Shown here: in pieces, positions 48,611-57,190 of the stretch
Numbering within the stretch: position 1 is the stretch's first letter
Layout: every line of letters begins with the position of its first letter
Assembly (NCBI GenBank): GCA_035455275.1
Contig: DATIFO010000045.1
Location: forward strand, 2,421 to 66,420
Source: Candidatus Methylomirabilis sp.
Lineage (GTDB): Bacteria > Methylomirabilota > Methylomirabilia > Methylomirabilales > 2-02-FULL-66-22
Length of the DNA: 64,000 nt
Reading direction: 5' to 3'
Program-made: the position numbers and the translations under genes
Notes under the pieces: generated by a model
What the model was told of the DNA's origin: nothing
The model's database searches: none
What the model saw: the letters and a program-made list of their open reading frames with translations, nothing else

Positions 48611-49567
48611 GTGGAACGAAATCTGGCGCTGGAGGTGGTCCGCGTGACCGAGGCCGCGGCGCTATCCTCGGCCCGGTGGATGGGACTGGGCAACCTGAAG
48701 GCGGCGAACCAGGCGGCCGTGGACGCCATGCGCCGGTCCTTCGAGGCCGTGCGCTTCTGCGGGACCGTGGTGATCGGCGAGGGGGAGCGCGACGAGGCGC
48801 CCATGCTGTTCGTCGGCGAGCGGATCGGCAGCGGTGAGGGGGGGGAGCTGGAGGTGGCGGTGGATCCGCTGGAGGGGACCGGCATCGTCGCCGAGGGTCG
48901 CGCCAATGCCGTCTCGGTGGTGGCGATCGCCGAGAAAGGGGGGTTCCTCCGCGCGCCTGACACGTCCATGGAGAAGATCGCCGTGGGCCCCAGGGCGAAG
49001 GGGGCCGTGGATCTCACCCTGAGTCCGGCGCAGAACCTGCAAGCCATCGCCGATGCCATGAAGTGTTACGTCGAGGATCTCACAGTGGTGATCCTGAACC
49101 GCCCGCGCCACGCCGACCTGATCCGTTCGGTCCGCGAGGTGGGGGCCCGGATCAAGTTGATCCAGGACGGCGACGTCTCCGCCGCGATCGCCACTGCCTT
49201 TCCGGAGTCCGGGGTGGACGTCCTCATGGGGATCGGCGGCGCCCCCGAGGGGGTCCTGGCGGCGGCCGCGCTCCAGTGTCTGGGTGGCGACATGCAGGGA
49301 CAGCTCCGGCCGCGCAACGACCACGAGGTGGAACAGGCTCGCCGGATGGGCCTCAAGGACATGGAGCGAATCTACGGGATCGGCGACCTGGCATTCGGCG
49401 AGGATATCATGTTCGCGGCCACGGGGGTCACCGACGGCGACCTGCTTCGCGGGGTGCGCTTCTTCGGCGGCGGGGCCCGGACGCATTCGGTGGTCATGCG
49501 TCGCCGCTCGGGGACGGTGCGGTTCATCGAGGCAACCCACCGATTCGACCGCAGGCCCGTTTACTGA
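48611..49567 (+). CDS. glpX: class II fructose-1,6-bisphosphatase
   Basis: LALEVVRVTEAAALSSARWMG...VAVDPLEGT...GGAPEGV are typical GlpX motifs. Confidence 0.92.
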   Translation: MERNLALEVVRVTEAAALSSARWMGLGNLKAANQAAVDAMRRSFEAVRFCGTVVIGEGERDEAPMLFVGERIGSGEGGELEVAVDPLEGTGIVAEGRANAVSVVAIAEKGGFLRAPDTSMEKIAVGPRAKGAVDLTLSPAQNLQAIADAMKCYVEDLTVVILNRPRHADLIRSVREVGARIKLIQDGDVSAAIATAFPESGVDVLMGIGGAPEGVLAAAALQCLGGDMQGQLRPRNDHEVEQARRMGLKDMERIYGIGDLAFGEDIMFAATGVTDGDLLRGVRFFGGGARTHSVVMRRRSGTVRFIEATHRFDRRPVY

Positions 49568-49628
49568 CCCCTCGCCCTGGCCCTCTCCCCGCGGGGAAAG
49601 GGATGGGGGGAGGGAGGTCCAGCGAGGG
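49568..49628. repeat. C-tract/G-tract palindromic element
   Basis: CCCTCTCCCCGC/GCGGGGAAAGGG core (49581-49602) with outer CCCTCGC...GCGAGGG arms. The G-rich arm is GGGGAAAGGGATGGGGGGAGGGAGG. Confidence 0.6.
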
Positions 49629-49636
49629 ATTCACAC

Positions 49637-50908
49637 GTGATGAAGGGCGTGCGGGGCGCACCCGATATCCTCCCCGAGGACGCCGGGAGCTGGCAGGCGC
49701 TGGAAACGGTGGCGCGCGATGTCCTCGACCGGTACGGGTATGCCGAGATCCGGACCCCGGTCTTCGAGCGCACCGAGTTGTTCGTCCGCGGCATCGGCGA
49801 GGGGACGGACATCGTCGAAAAGGAGATGTACACCTTCCAGGACCGGGGCGGGGAAAGCCTGACTCTTCGACCGGAGGCGACGGCGTCGCTCATGCGAGCC
49901 TACGCCGAGCACGGCCTCGGCGCCAAGAGCAGCCTGGTCAAGCTGTACCTGATCGGCCCCATGTTCCGGCACGAGCGGCCGCAGTCTGGCCGCTTCCGGC
50001 AGTTCCACCAGATCGACGTGGAGGCCGTGGGGTCCCCCGGCCCCGCCGTGGACGGCGAGGTGGTGGCGCTGCTGCATCACCTGCTGGAGGCCTGGGGGCT
50101 CACGGGGATCCTGCTGCACGTCAACAGCATCGGCGACCGCAACTGCCGCCCGGCGTATCGAGAGGCCTTCGTGGCCTACCTTCAGGGACACCGCGAGGCC
50201 CTGTGCGCCGACTGCCACGTGCGGCTCGAGAAGAATCCCCTCCGGGTCCTGGACTGCAAGCAGCCGGGCTGCCAGCAGATCGCCGCCGGGGCCCCGACGA
50301 TCGCGGGGTACCTGTGCGAGCCCTGTCGCGACCACTTCGCGGCGGTGCGGGGCCTCCTGGATGATCTGAAGATCGCCCACAGCGTGAATGAGCGACTGGT
50401 GCGGGGGCTGGATTACTACACGCGGACGACCTTCGAGTTCCTGAACCCGGCCCTGGGCGCGCAGAACGCCGTGGCGGGGGGCGGCCGGTACGACGGGCTG
50501 GTCGAGGAGCTGGGCGGCCCCCCCACGCCGGCCATCGGCTTCGCCATCGGCGAGGAGCGGATCCTCACCTCGCTGGTCGCCCAGGGGAGGCGGCAGGAGG
50601 CGGCGGAGTGCACCGGCGTGTACGTGGCGACGGCCGGGCCCGTCCCCCTGGGTGTCGCGCTGGATCTGGCCCAGACACTCCGGCGGCGGGGTCTCCGTTC
50701 GGCCGTGGACCTGGAGGCGCGGAGCCTCAAGGGGCAGATGCGGCAGGCGAACAAGGACCGGTTCCGGTATTCGGTCATCCTCGGCAGCGACGAGCTGGTG
50801 CGAGGCCAGGCAACGCTCAAGGACATGCTCTCGGGAGAGCAGCGGGAGGTTCCCCTGGCCGAGGTGGTGGACCAGTTGACGCGGCTGCCCGAACGGGAGA
50901 TCGCCTGA
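49637..50908 (+). CDS. hisS: histidine--tRNA ligase
   Basis: Class II motifs ([17 protein letters not shown] and GGGRYDGL). 423 aa. Confidence 0.95.
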   Translation: MMKGVRGAPDILPEDAGSWQALETVARDVLDRYGYAEIRTPVFERTELFVRGIGEGTDIVEKEMYTFQDRGGESLTLRPEATASLMRAYAEHGLGAKSSLVKLYLIGPMFRHERPQSGRFRQFHQIDVEAVGSPGPAVDGEVVALLHHLLEAWGLTGILLHVNSIGDRNCRPAYREAFVAYLQGHREALCADCHVRLEKNPLRVLDCKQPGCQQIAAGAPTIAGYLCEPCRDHFAAVRGLLDDLKIAHSVNERLVRGLDYYTRTTFEFLNPALGAQNAVAGGGRYDGLVEELGGPPTPAIGFAIGEERILTSLVAQGRRQEAAECTGVYVATAGPVPLGVALDLAQTLRRRGLRSAVDLEARSLKGQMRQANKDRFRYSVILGSDELVRGQATLKDMLSGEQREVPLAEVVDQLTRLPEREIA

Positions 50909-52677
50909 TGCGGGCCTGGGAGCGAAGCCTCTACTGCGGGGAGGTCCGATCCGCCGACGCCGGACGGGTCGTGACCCTGAATGGCTGGGTGGACCGCCGG
51001 CGCGACCTGGGTGGCGTGATCTTCGTGCACCTGCGCGATCGGGAGGGGATCCTCCAGGTGGTCTTCAACCCCGAACCCTTCGCTGATGCCTACGACTGCG
51101 CCAAGGGGATGCGGTCCGAGTTCGTGGTGGCCGTCCGGGGTGAGGTGCGCGTGCGCCCGGCGGGGGCGGTGAACCCGGACCTTCCCACCGGCGAGGTGGA
51201 GGTGGTCGCCCAGGAGGCGATCATCCTCAACGAGGCCAAGACGCCGGTCTTCCCCATCGAGGATACGACCGACGTGGCCGAGGAGATCCGCCTGACCTAT
51301 CGCTATCTGGACCTGCGACGGGGGCCCTTGCAGCGGAACCTGCGCCTGCGACACCGGTTCTACCAGGCGACCCGACGGTACCTGGACGGCCAGGGCTTCC
51401 TGGAGGTGGAGACGCCCGTCCTCACCAAGAGCACCCCCGAGGGGGCTCGCGACTACCTGGTCCCGAGCCGGGTGAATCCGGGGCAGTTCTTCGCCCTGCC
51501 GCAGTCGCCCCAGCTCTTCAAGCAATTGCTGATGGTCTCGGGCTTCGATCGCTACTTCCAGATCGTGAAGTGCTTCCGGGACGAGGATCTCCGGGCGGAC
51601 CGCCAGCCCGAGTTCACGCAGATCGACCTGGAGATGTCCTTCGTGGATCGGGAGGACGTCCTCACCACCATGGAAGGTCTGGTCGTGGAGATCTTCCGCG
51701 AGGTCAGGGGGCTGGAGCTGCCGCGGCCGTTTCCGCGCCTGACCTACGACGAGGCCATCGGACGCTATGGCCTGGACGCCCCCGACCTCCGCTTCGGCCT
51801 GGAACTGCAGGACGTGGGGGATCTCTTCGCGGGGAGTGCGTTCCGTGCCTTCGCGCAGCCGCTCGCGGCCGGGGGGCGGGCCATGGCCCTGAACGCCAGG
51901 GGCTGCGGCGGCTATCCCCGGAGCCAGCTCGACCAGCTCGAGGAGTTCGCCAAGACCTTCGGAGCCAAGGGCCTGGCCTGGTTCAAGATCGGGCCGGAGG
52001 GCATCCAGTCCCCGGTCGCGAAGTTCCTGACGGAGGAAACACTGGGACGCTTCCGCGAGCGGATGCGGGGTGAGGAGGGGGACCTGCTGCTCCTCTGCGT
52101 GGACAAGGCCAAGCCCGCGGCGGACGCCATGGGGCGGCTTCGCCTGCGCTTCGGTCAAGAGCTCAAGCTCATCGATCCGGCGGTGCTGGCCGTCACCTGG
52201 GTGACCGATTTTCCCCTGCTGGAGTGGGACGAGAAGGAAAGCCGCTGGTCGGCCATGCACCACCCGTTCACCTCGCCCGCGGACGAGGACCTGCTGCTGT
52301 TCGACACGGACCCTGGGAAGATCCGCGCCAAGGCCTACGACCTCGTGATCAACGGGTCAGAGGTCGGTGGGGGCAGCATCCGGATCCACCGGCGCGAGGT
52401 CCAGAACAAGATGTTCCAGGTCCTGGGCATCGGACCGGAGGAGGCCAAGGCGAAGTTCGGGTTCCTCCTGGATGCCCTGGAGTACGGGACGCCCCCACAC
52501 GGCGGGATCGCTTTCGGCGTGGACCGCCTGGTCATGATCCTGACGGGGGCGGAGTCCATCCGCGACGTGGTGGCCTTCCCCAAGACGCAACGCGCGCAGG
52601 ACCTCCTGACCAAGGCCCCCTCCCCGGTGGATCCGGCCCAACTCCGGGAACTCCACATCAAGCTCGACCTCGCCTGA
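50908..52677 (+). CDS. aspS: aspartate--tRNA ligase
   Basis: Its ATG overlaps the hisS TGA (TGATG). Motifs [27 protein letters not shown] and GGGSIRIH. Confidence 0.95.
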   Translation: MRAWERSLYCGEVRSADAGRVVTLNGWVDRRRDLGGVIFVHLRDREGILQVVFNPEPFADAYDCAKGMRSEFVVAVRGEVRVRPAGAVNPDLPTGEVEVVAQEAIILNEAKTPVFPIEDTTDVAEEIRLTYRYLDLRRGPLQRNLRLRHRFYQATRRYLDGQGFLEVETPVLTKSTPEGARDYLVPSRVNPGQFFALPQSPQLFKQLLMVSGFDRYFQIVKCFRDEDLRADRQPEFTQIDLEMSFVDREDVLTTMEGLVVEIFREVRGLELPRPFPRLTYDEAIGRYGLDAPDLRFGLELQDVGDLFAGSAFRAFAQPLAAGGRAMALNARGCGGYPRSQLDQLEEFAKTFGAKGLAWFKIGPEGIQSPVAKFLTEETLGRFRERMRGEEGDLLLLCVDKAKPAADAMGRLRLRFGQELKLIDPAVLAVTWVTDFPLLEWDEKESRWSAMHHPFTSPADEDLLLFDTDPGKIRAKAYDLVINGSEVGGGSIRIHRREVQNKMFQVLGIGPEEAKAKFGFLLDALEYGTPPHGGIAFGVDRLVMILTGAESIRDVVAFPKTQRAQDLLTKAPSPVDPAQLRELHIKLDLA

Positions 52678-52699
52678 CCACCCCCGAGATAGATACATG

Positions 52700-52727
52700 A
52701 ATGGCTGACCCCATGGGGTCAACCATT
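52700..52727. terminator. bidirectional hairpin between convergent aspS and xerD
   Basis: AATGGCTGACCCCATGGGGTCAACCATT: a 13-bp palindrome with one mismatch. Confidence 0.55.
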
Positions 52728-52751
52728 GCTGAGTTGATGTTGGCCCCCCGG

Positions 52752-53639
52752 TCAGGCACGGGGGTGGTACTTGTCGTAGATGGCCTTCAGGTGGGCCCGG
52801 CTCAGGTGGGTGTAGATCTGGGTCGTGCCGATGTCGGCGTGGCCCAGCATCAGTTGCACCGAGCGGAGGTCCGCCCCCCGCTCCACGAGATGCGTGGCGA
52901 ACGAGTGGCGCAGGGTGTGGGGCGTCACCCGCTTCGTGATCCCGGCGGCGGCGGCCTGCCGCTGCATGAGGTGCCAGAACATCTGGCGCGTGAGGGCTCG
53001 CCCGCGCCGGCCGGGGAAGAGATAAGGGCTGGCGCCGCGCCTGTCCAGTTGGGGCCGTCCGCGCGTCAGGTACGCGCGCAGGCTCTCCGCCGCCACCTCG
53101 CCCAACGGCACCAGTCTTTCCTTGTTGCCCTTCCCCAGCACGCGGACGATTCCCACGGTCAGGTCCAGATCCGCCAAGCGCAGGCCGACCAGTTCCGACA
53201 CGCGTAACCCGGAGGCGTACATCAACTCCAGCATGGCTTGATCCCGCAGGGAGCGGGGGGTCGTCGGCTCGCGTGCGGTGAGGAGGCGGTCCACCTCCTC
53301 GCTGCTCAGGACGCCGGGGAGCCGCCGCCACGGCCGGGGGGACTCCAGGTGGGCCGTCGGGTCCTCCTGCGCCCGGCCCTGGCGGACCAGGAACCGGTGG
53401 TACTGCCGGATGGCCGAGAGGTGGCGGGCCACGGAGCGCGGGCCAAGACCGGCCTCGCGGAGGGCCAGGAGATACCGCGGGACCTCGGCCCGCTCCAGGC
53501 TGGTGACAGCCTTTCGTCGGGCGGTCAGGTAGGCGGTGTATCGCACCAGGTCGCGCCGGTAGGCCTCCAGGCTATTCTGGGCAAGGCCCCGCTCCACCAC
53601 CAGGTGCTCGAGGAACGCGTCGAGAAGGGGGTCCGTCAC
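52752..53639 (-). CDS. xerD: tyrosine recombinase XerD
   Basis: GTG start overlaps the upstream stop (GTGA). Motifs ARG...HTLRHSFATHL...LGHADIGTTQIYTH, with the C-terminus ...YHPRA as in XerD. Confidence 0.85.
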   Translation of the reverse strand: MTDPLLDAFLEHLVVERGLAQNSLEAYRRDLVRYTAYLTARRKAVTSLERAEVPRYLLALREAGLGPRSVARHLSAIRQYHRFLVRQGRAQEDPTAHLESPRPWRRLPGVLSSEEVDRLLTAREPTTPRSLRDQAMLELMYASGLRVSELVGLRLADLDLTVGIVRVLGKGNKERLVPLGEVAAESLRAYLTRGRPQLDRRGASPYLFPGRRGRALTRQMFWHLMQRQAAAAGITKRVTPHTLRHSFATHLVERGADLRSVQLMLGHADIGTTQIYTHLSRAHLKAIYDKYHPRA

Positions 53640-54838
53640 ACTTTGGCATCCTTGGGGCGAAAGGCTTGGCCTCGGAGCGGGAGGGTCCCGCGCACCCGGA
53701 TCAACTCCTGGTAGAGTTCCAGCATCCTGGCCGCCAGCGCGTCCGGCGCATAGCCCGCCGCAACATGCCGCCCGCCCCGCCCCATGGCCTGCCGCCGCTC
53801 GGGCTGCCCCCACAGCGTGACGACCTGGTCCGCGAACGCCGCCGGGTCCTCGGGTACCATCGTGCCGCCTTCCCCGTTCCGCAGGAGTTCCGCCGCCGCG
53901 TCCGAGGTGACGGCCACCACGGGGAGGCCAGCGGCCAACGCCTCCAGGATCACGAGACCCTGCGTCTCGGACGTGGAGGGAAAAAGGAAAAGGTCTGCCG
54001 CTTGATAGTAGGTGCCCACGACCCCGTGTGGGACGGCGCCGGTGAAGTGCATCTTTGGCTCGAGGCCCAGGTCACGGGCCATCCGTTCCAGCCGCAGGCG
54101 GTCGTCTCCCTCGCCCACGAGGACCAACCGGGCCGTCGGGAGCTGTGTCAGGATCCGGGCGAACGCCGACAGGAGAAATGCTTGGTTCTTCTCCCGGGCC
54201 AGCCTCCCCACCGAGAGGCAGAGAGGGTCCCCCCGACAGAGGCCGAGGGTCCGGCGCGAGGCCTGGCGATCCGCCTCGGCCATGATCGGCGGGACCGTGA
54301 CGCCGGTCGGGATCACCTCCAGCGGCGCGTGAAGGCCGCGGGCCCGGAGCTCCCGCGCCACGGCGGTCGTGGGGGCGATCACCAGATCGGACCGGTTGGC
54401 GAAGGCCAGGGCCCGGCCGACCGCAAGGCGGACCACCAGACGAGACGGACCGGGAACGTAGTGGGCGTAGCACTCATAGCGGGTGTGATAGGTGAAGACC
54501 AGGGGCCGCCCCAGGTGACGGGCCCAGCGCCCCGCCGCTGCCCCGAGCAGGAACGGGTGCTGGGCATGGAAGATGTCGAGGTCGAGCCTTGCGACCGCGC
54601 TGGCCACGCCCGGCCACCTCGAGAGAGGAAGGATGTAGGCGTGGTGAGTCGGCGCCCGGAACCCGGGGACCCGCAGGATGTCCGGCTCCCCGCCAGGCAG
54701 AGCTCCGTAGCGGGGCGCCACAACAGTCACCCGGTGGCCGGCGCGGCGGAAGGCCCTGGCAAACGTCTCCACCGAGGTGGCCAGCCCATTGGCCAGCGGC
54801 CGGTAGTTATTGGTGAAGAGGCCGATGTGCATCCTCAA
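53636..54838 (-). CDS. glycosyltransferase family 4
   Basis: 400 aa with a GT-B fold pattern and E-x7-E motif FPSTSETQGLVILEALAAGLPVV. Confidence 0.85.
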   Translation of the reverse strand: MRMHIGLFTNNYRPLANGLATSVETFARAFRRAGHRVTVVAPRYGALPGGEPDILRVPGFRAPTHHAYILPLSRWPGVASAVARLDLDIFHAQHPFLLGAAAGRWARHLGRPLVFTYHTRYECYAHYVPGPSRLVVRLAVGRALAFANRSDLVIAPTTAVARELRARGLHAPLEVIPTGVTVPPIMAEADRQASRRTLGLCRGDPLCLSVGRLAREKNQAFLLSAFARILTQLPTARLVLVGEGDDRLRLERMARDLGLEPKMHFTGAVPHGVVGTYYQAADLFLFPSTSETQGLVILEALAAGLPVVAVTSDAAAELLRNGEGGTMVPEDPAAFADQVVTLWGQPERRQAMGRGGRHVAAGYAPDALAARMLELYQELIRVRGTLPLRGQAFRPKDAKV

Positions 54839-54840
54839 GC

Positions 54841-54925
54841 CTTCAGCGCGGAGCCCTCAGCCATCCCCCCACCCACCCCCCTCGAGGGGGAGGGGTGGGT
54901 GGGGGGCCGACCGCTGACTGCTGAG
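54841..54925. repeat. nested element: TCAGC-word arms around a C-tract/G-tract palindrome
   Basis: The outer arms are cTTCAGCGcggagcCCTCAGCc and cCGCTGACTGCTGAGG. The inner palindrome is CCCCCCACCCACCCCCC tcga GGGGGAGGGGTGGGTGGGGGG (54865-54906). Confidence 0.65.
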
Positions 54926-54936
54926 GACTTTCCTCG

Positions 54937-56622
54937 TCATTTCCGGGTGACGGGCGTGTGCGCGATGGGGAAGCCGAGGGCCAGTTTCCCCTGGGTGTAG
55001 AGCTGGGCTGTGGCCATGAGGAAATAGTTGTGCAGATTGATGGGGGTGAACACCAATCGCGTCCATTCCAGAAACTTGCGGGTCCGCCGCCAGCGCCGCG
55101 GCGATCGCTGGTAGATGATCGGCTTCAGCGTGTGCGGGACGACCACCATGCCCAGGAGGGTGGACGACGTGAGGACGATGGTCTGGAAGATCAGGTTGAA
55201 GGCGGCCATCGGGCTGACGCAGAGGCTCTTGCCCCCCAGCTTGAGGGCCAGGACGTCCGGCGAAAGGAAGACGGGCACCGGCCACAGCTCCTTCACGCAC
55301 GGGCTGATCCACGAGATCAGGATGAGCTGGGCCGGCAAGAGGACAGTGAGGGGGGGCATCGCGTTCGCGAGAAGCGCGCGCAAGGCCTGGAAGGACTTGC
55401 TGCGAAGCAGGCAGAGCGCCGCCCCGGGAAACTTGCGCTGGTAGCGCACGACGAATTTCACGTCCACGGCCCCACGCGCCCATCGGGCGATTTGCCCCCA
55501 GGATTCCTTGGTGGTGAGCGGGGCCTGCCCCCAGGTCGGGATCTTCAGCGGGGCAACCCGGTACCCCTCCATCACCACCTTGTACCGGAACTGCATGTCC
55601 TCGTTGTGGCGGTTCGGCTCGAAGTAGTCTACGTCTTGGAATGCCTGGAGGTCCAGGCTGGTCCCCGGGCCCAAGACCAGGTAGTCCCCTCTGGCCTGCA
55701 TCTTTCCCATCTGATACAGGACGAAGCCCGTGTTGTGCAGCCGCGGGAGCATGGGGACCTTCCAGTAGTTTGCCGTGTAGGTGGTCAGGGACTGCAGGAC
55801 GACCCCCCGCAGTCCCCCGGCCACCGCCTGGGCCTCTTCCTGGCGGTGTGTCAGCTCTCGGAAGGCCAGATCCTGGGAATGCAGGATGGTATCGGCGTCG
55901 ATGATGAGGACCCTGACCCCACCTGGGCCGGGCTGGAAGCCTCCCTCGGCCACACGCCCAGACAGCCAGCGTCCCGCCGTGGTGACGGACGTGGCCTTGC
56001 ATTTCACCGGAACACCGTCGGCAGGATACACGAAGGGCTCGACCTGTATCCGATCCTTGAAGATCGGCACGACCTCTTCCAGCTTCTCCAGCGTGATTCG
56101 ATCCTCGGCCTCGACGATGGGGATCAGGGTCACCAGCGACTTGGGATAGTGCAGCCGCTCCACCGAGAGGAACGTCTGGAACAGGACGTGACGGTTGCCC
56201 TCGTGCTTTAGCGGCATGAAGATGGCGTAATGGCTGAGGGGCGCCCCCAGGGAGCGCAGCCGGTCCAGCCAATCCGTCTCCAGGTTCTGGAGGACGGCCT
56301 GTTTGGTCTTGTGCGCCCGGACCATGTTCACGATGAGGAAGCCGATCCAGAAGGAGATGAAGGCGAAACGGAAGATCTCAGCGGGGAAAGGGTCGTGCCT
56401 GAGATAACGGAGCAGGGGATAGACGGAAAGGAGGAGGAGTGTGGTCAAGAAGGGGGCAACCTCCAGCAGACGGTCGGCTCCCCGTCGGACGATCCTCTCA
56501 CGCAGCCTCCAGGACTGGCGGCGGACAAAAGAAAAGGCTCGCCCGTGCTGTTCCGGTTGTGTCGGGCGAGCCATAAAGGAGGCGTCCGAGGCCTCCTCGG
56601 CCCCGGGAAACATCGCTCCCAT
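54937..56622 (-). CDS. membrane glycosyltransferase family 2 (processive type)
   Basis: 561 aa with N- and C-terminal TM segments. Contains IIDADT (DxD) and QIARW (QxxRW). SD GGAG. Confidence 0.8.
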   Translation of the reverse strand: MGAMFPGAEEASDASFMARPTQPEQHGRAFSFVRRQSWRLRERIVRRGADRLLEVAPFLTTLLLLSVYPLLRYLRHDPFPAEIFRFAFISFWIGFLIVNMVRAHKTKQAVLQNLETDWLDRLRSLGAPLSHYAIFMPLKHEGNRHVLFQTFLSVERLHYPKSLVTLIPIVEAEDRITLEKLEEVVPIFKDRIQVEPFVYPADGVPVKCKATSVTTAGRWLSGRVAEGGFQPGPGGVRVLIIDADTILHSQDLAFRELTHRQEEAQAVAGGLRGVVLQSLTTYTANYWKVPMLPRLHNTGFVLYQMGKMQARGDYLVLGPGTSLDLQAFQDVDYFEPNRHNEDMQFRYKVVMEGYRVAPLKIPTWGQAPLTTKESWGQIARWARGAVDVKFVVRYQRKFPGAALCLLRSKSFQALRALLANAMPPLTVLLPAQLILISWISPCVKELWPVPVFLSPDVLALKLGGKSLCVSPMAAFNLIFQTIVLTSSTLLGMVVVPHTLKPIIYQRSPRRWRRTRKFLEWTRLVFTPINLHNYFLMATAQLYTQGKLALGFPIAHTPVTRK

Positions 56623-56635
56623 GGCTGAACTCCAG

Positions 56636-57097
56636 TTAACCTGCGGCGAAACCCGCCGCCGGGGAATCCACCAGAATAGTCACCGGTCCGTCGTTGACCA
56701 ATTCCACCAGCATGCTTGTCTGAAATTTCCCAGACGAAATTTGTATCCCATGCGAGCGCAGCTTGTCAACGAATTTCTCGAACAGGACTCGGGCTTCGGA
56801 GGGGGGTGCCGCGGCATCAAAACCGGGACGCCTGCCCTTCCTGGCATCGCCATACAGGGTGAATTGAGAAACGACCAGCGCCTCACCGCCAACCTCCAGG
56901 AGGGACCGATTCATCTTCCCGGCGTCATCCTCGAAGATGCGGAGATGGATCACCTTCTCCGCCATCCACCCCAGCTCCTCCTCTCGGTCCCCAGTCCGGA
57001 AGGCCACAAAGATCAGGAGACCCCGGCCGATGGAGGCCACGGGGTCTTCGCCGATGTATACCGACGCGCGCCTCACGCGCTGGATCAGGACGCGCAT
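56636..57097 (-). CDS. dtd: D-aminoacyl-tRNA deacylase
   Basis: MRVLIQRV...SQFTLYGDARKGRRPGF. 153 aa. Confidence 0.93.
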   Translation of the reverse strand: MRVLIQRVRRASVYIGEDPVASIGRGLLIFVAFRTGDREEELGWMAEKVIHLRIFEDDAGKMNRSLLEVGGEALVVSQFTLYGDARKGRRPGFDAAAPPSEARVLFEKFVDKLRSHGIQISSGKFQTSMLVELVNDGPVTILVDSPAAGFAAG

Positions 57098-57190
57098 GCT
57101 GACTCTCTCCTTCGCGGGAAGTACACACCGGCGGGACCAGGGGCGACCGATCGTCGTGCCTTGCCAGAGGATGGGGGCGGGACGGTGGCC

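Noticed and set aside
54921-54931. The minus-strand sequence GAGGAAAGTCC resembles the conserved RNase P RNA motif.
   Set aside because: The whole spacer is under 100 nt, flanked by coding genes. None of the other RNase P conserved regions is present, and the match lies in the arm of a repeat element.
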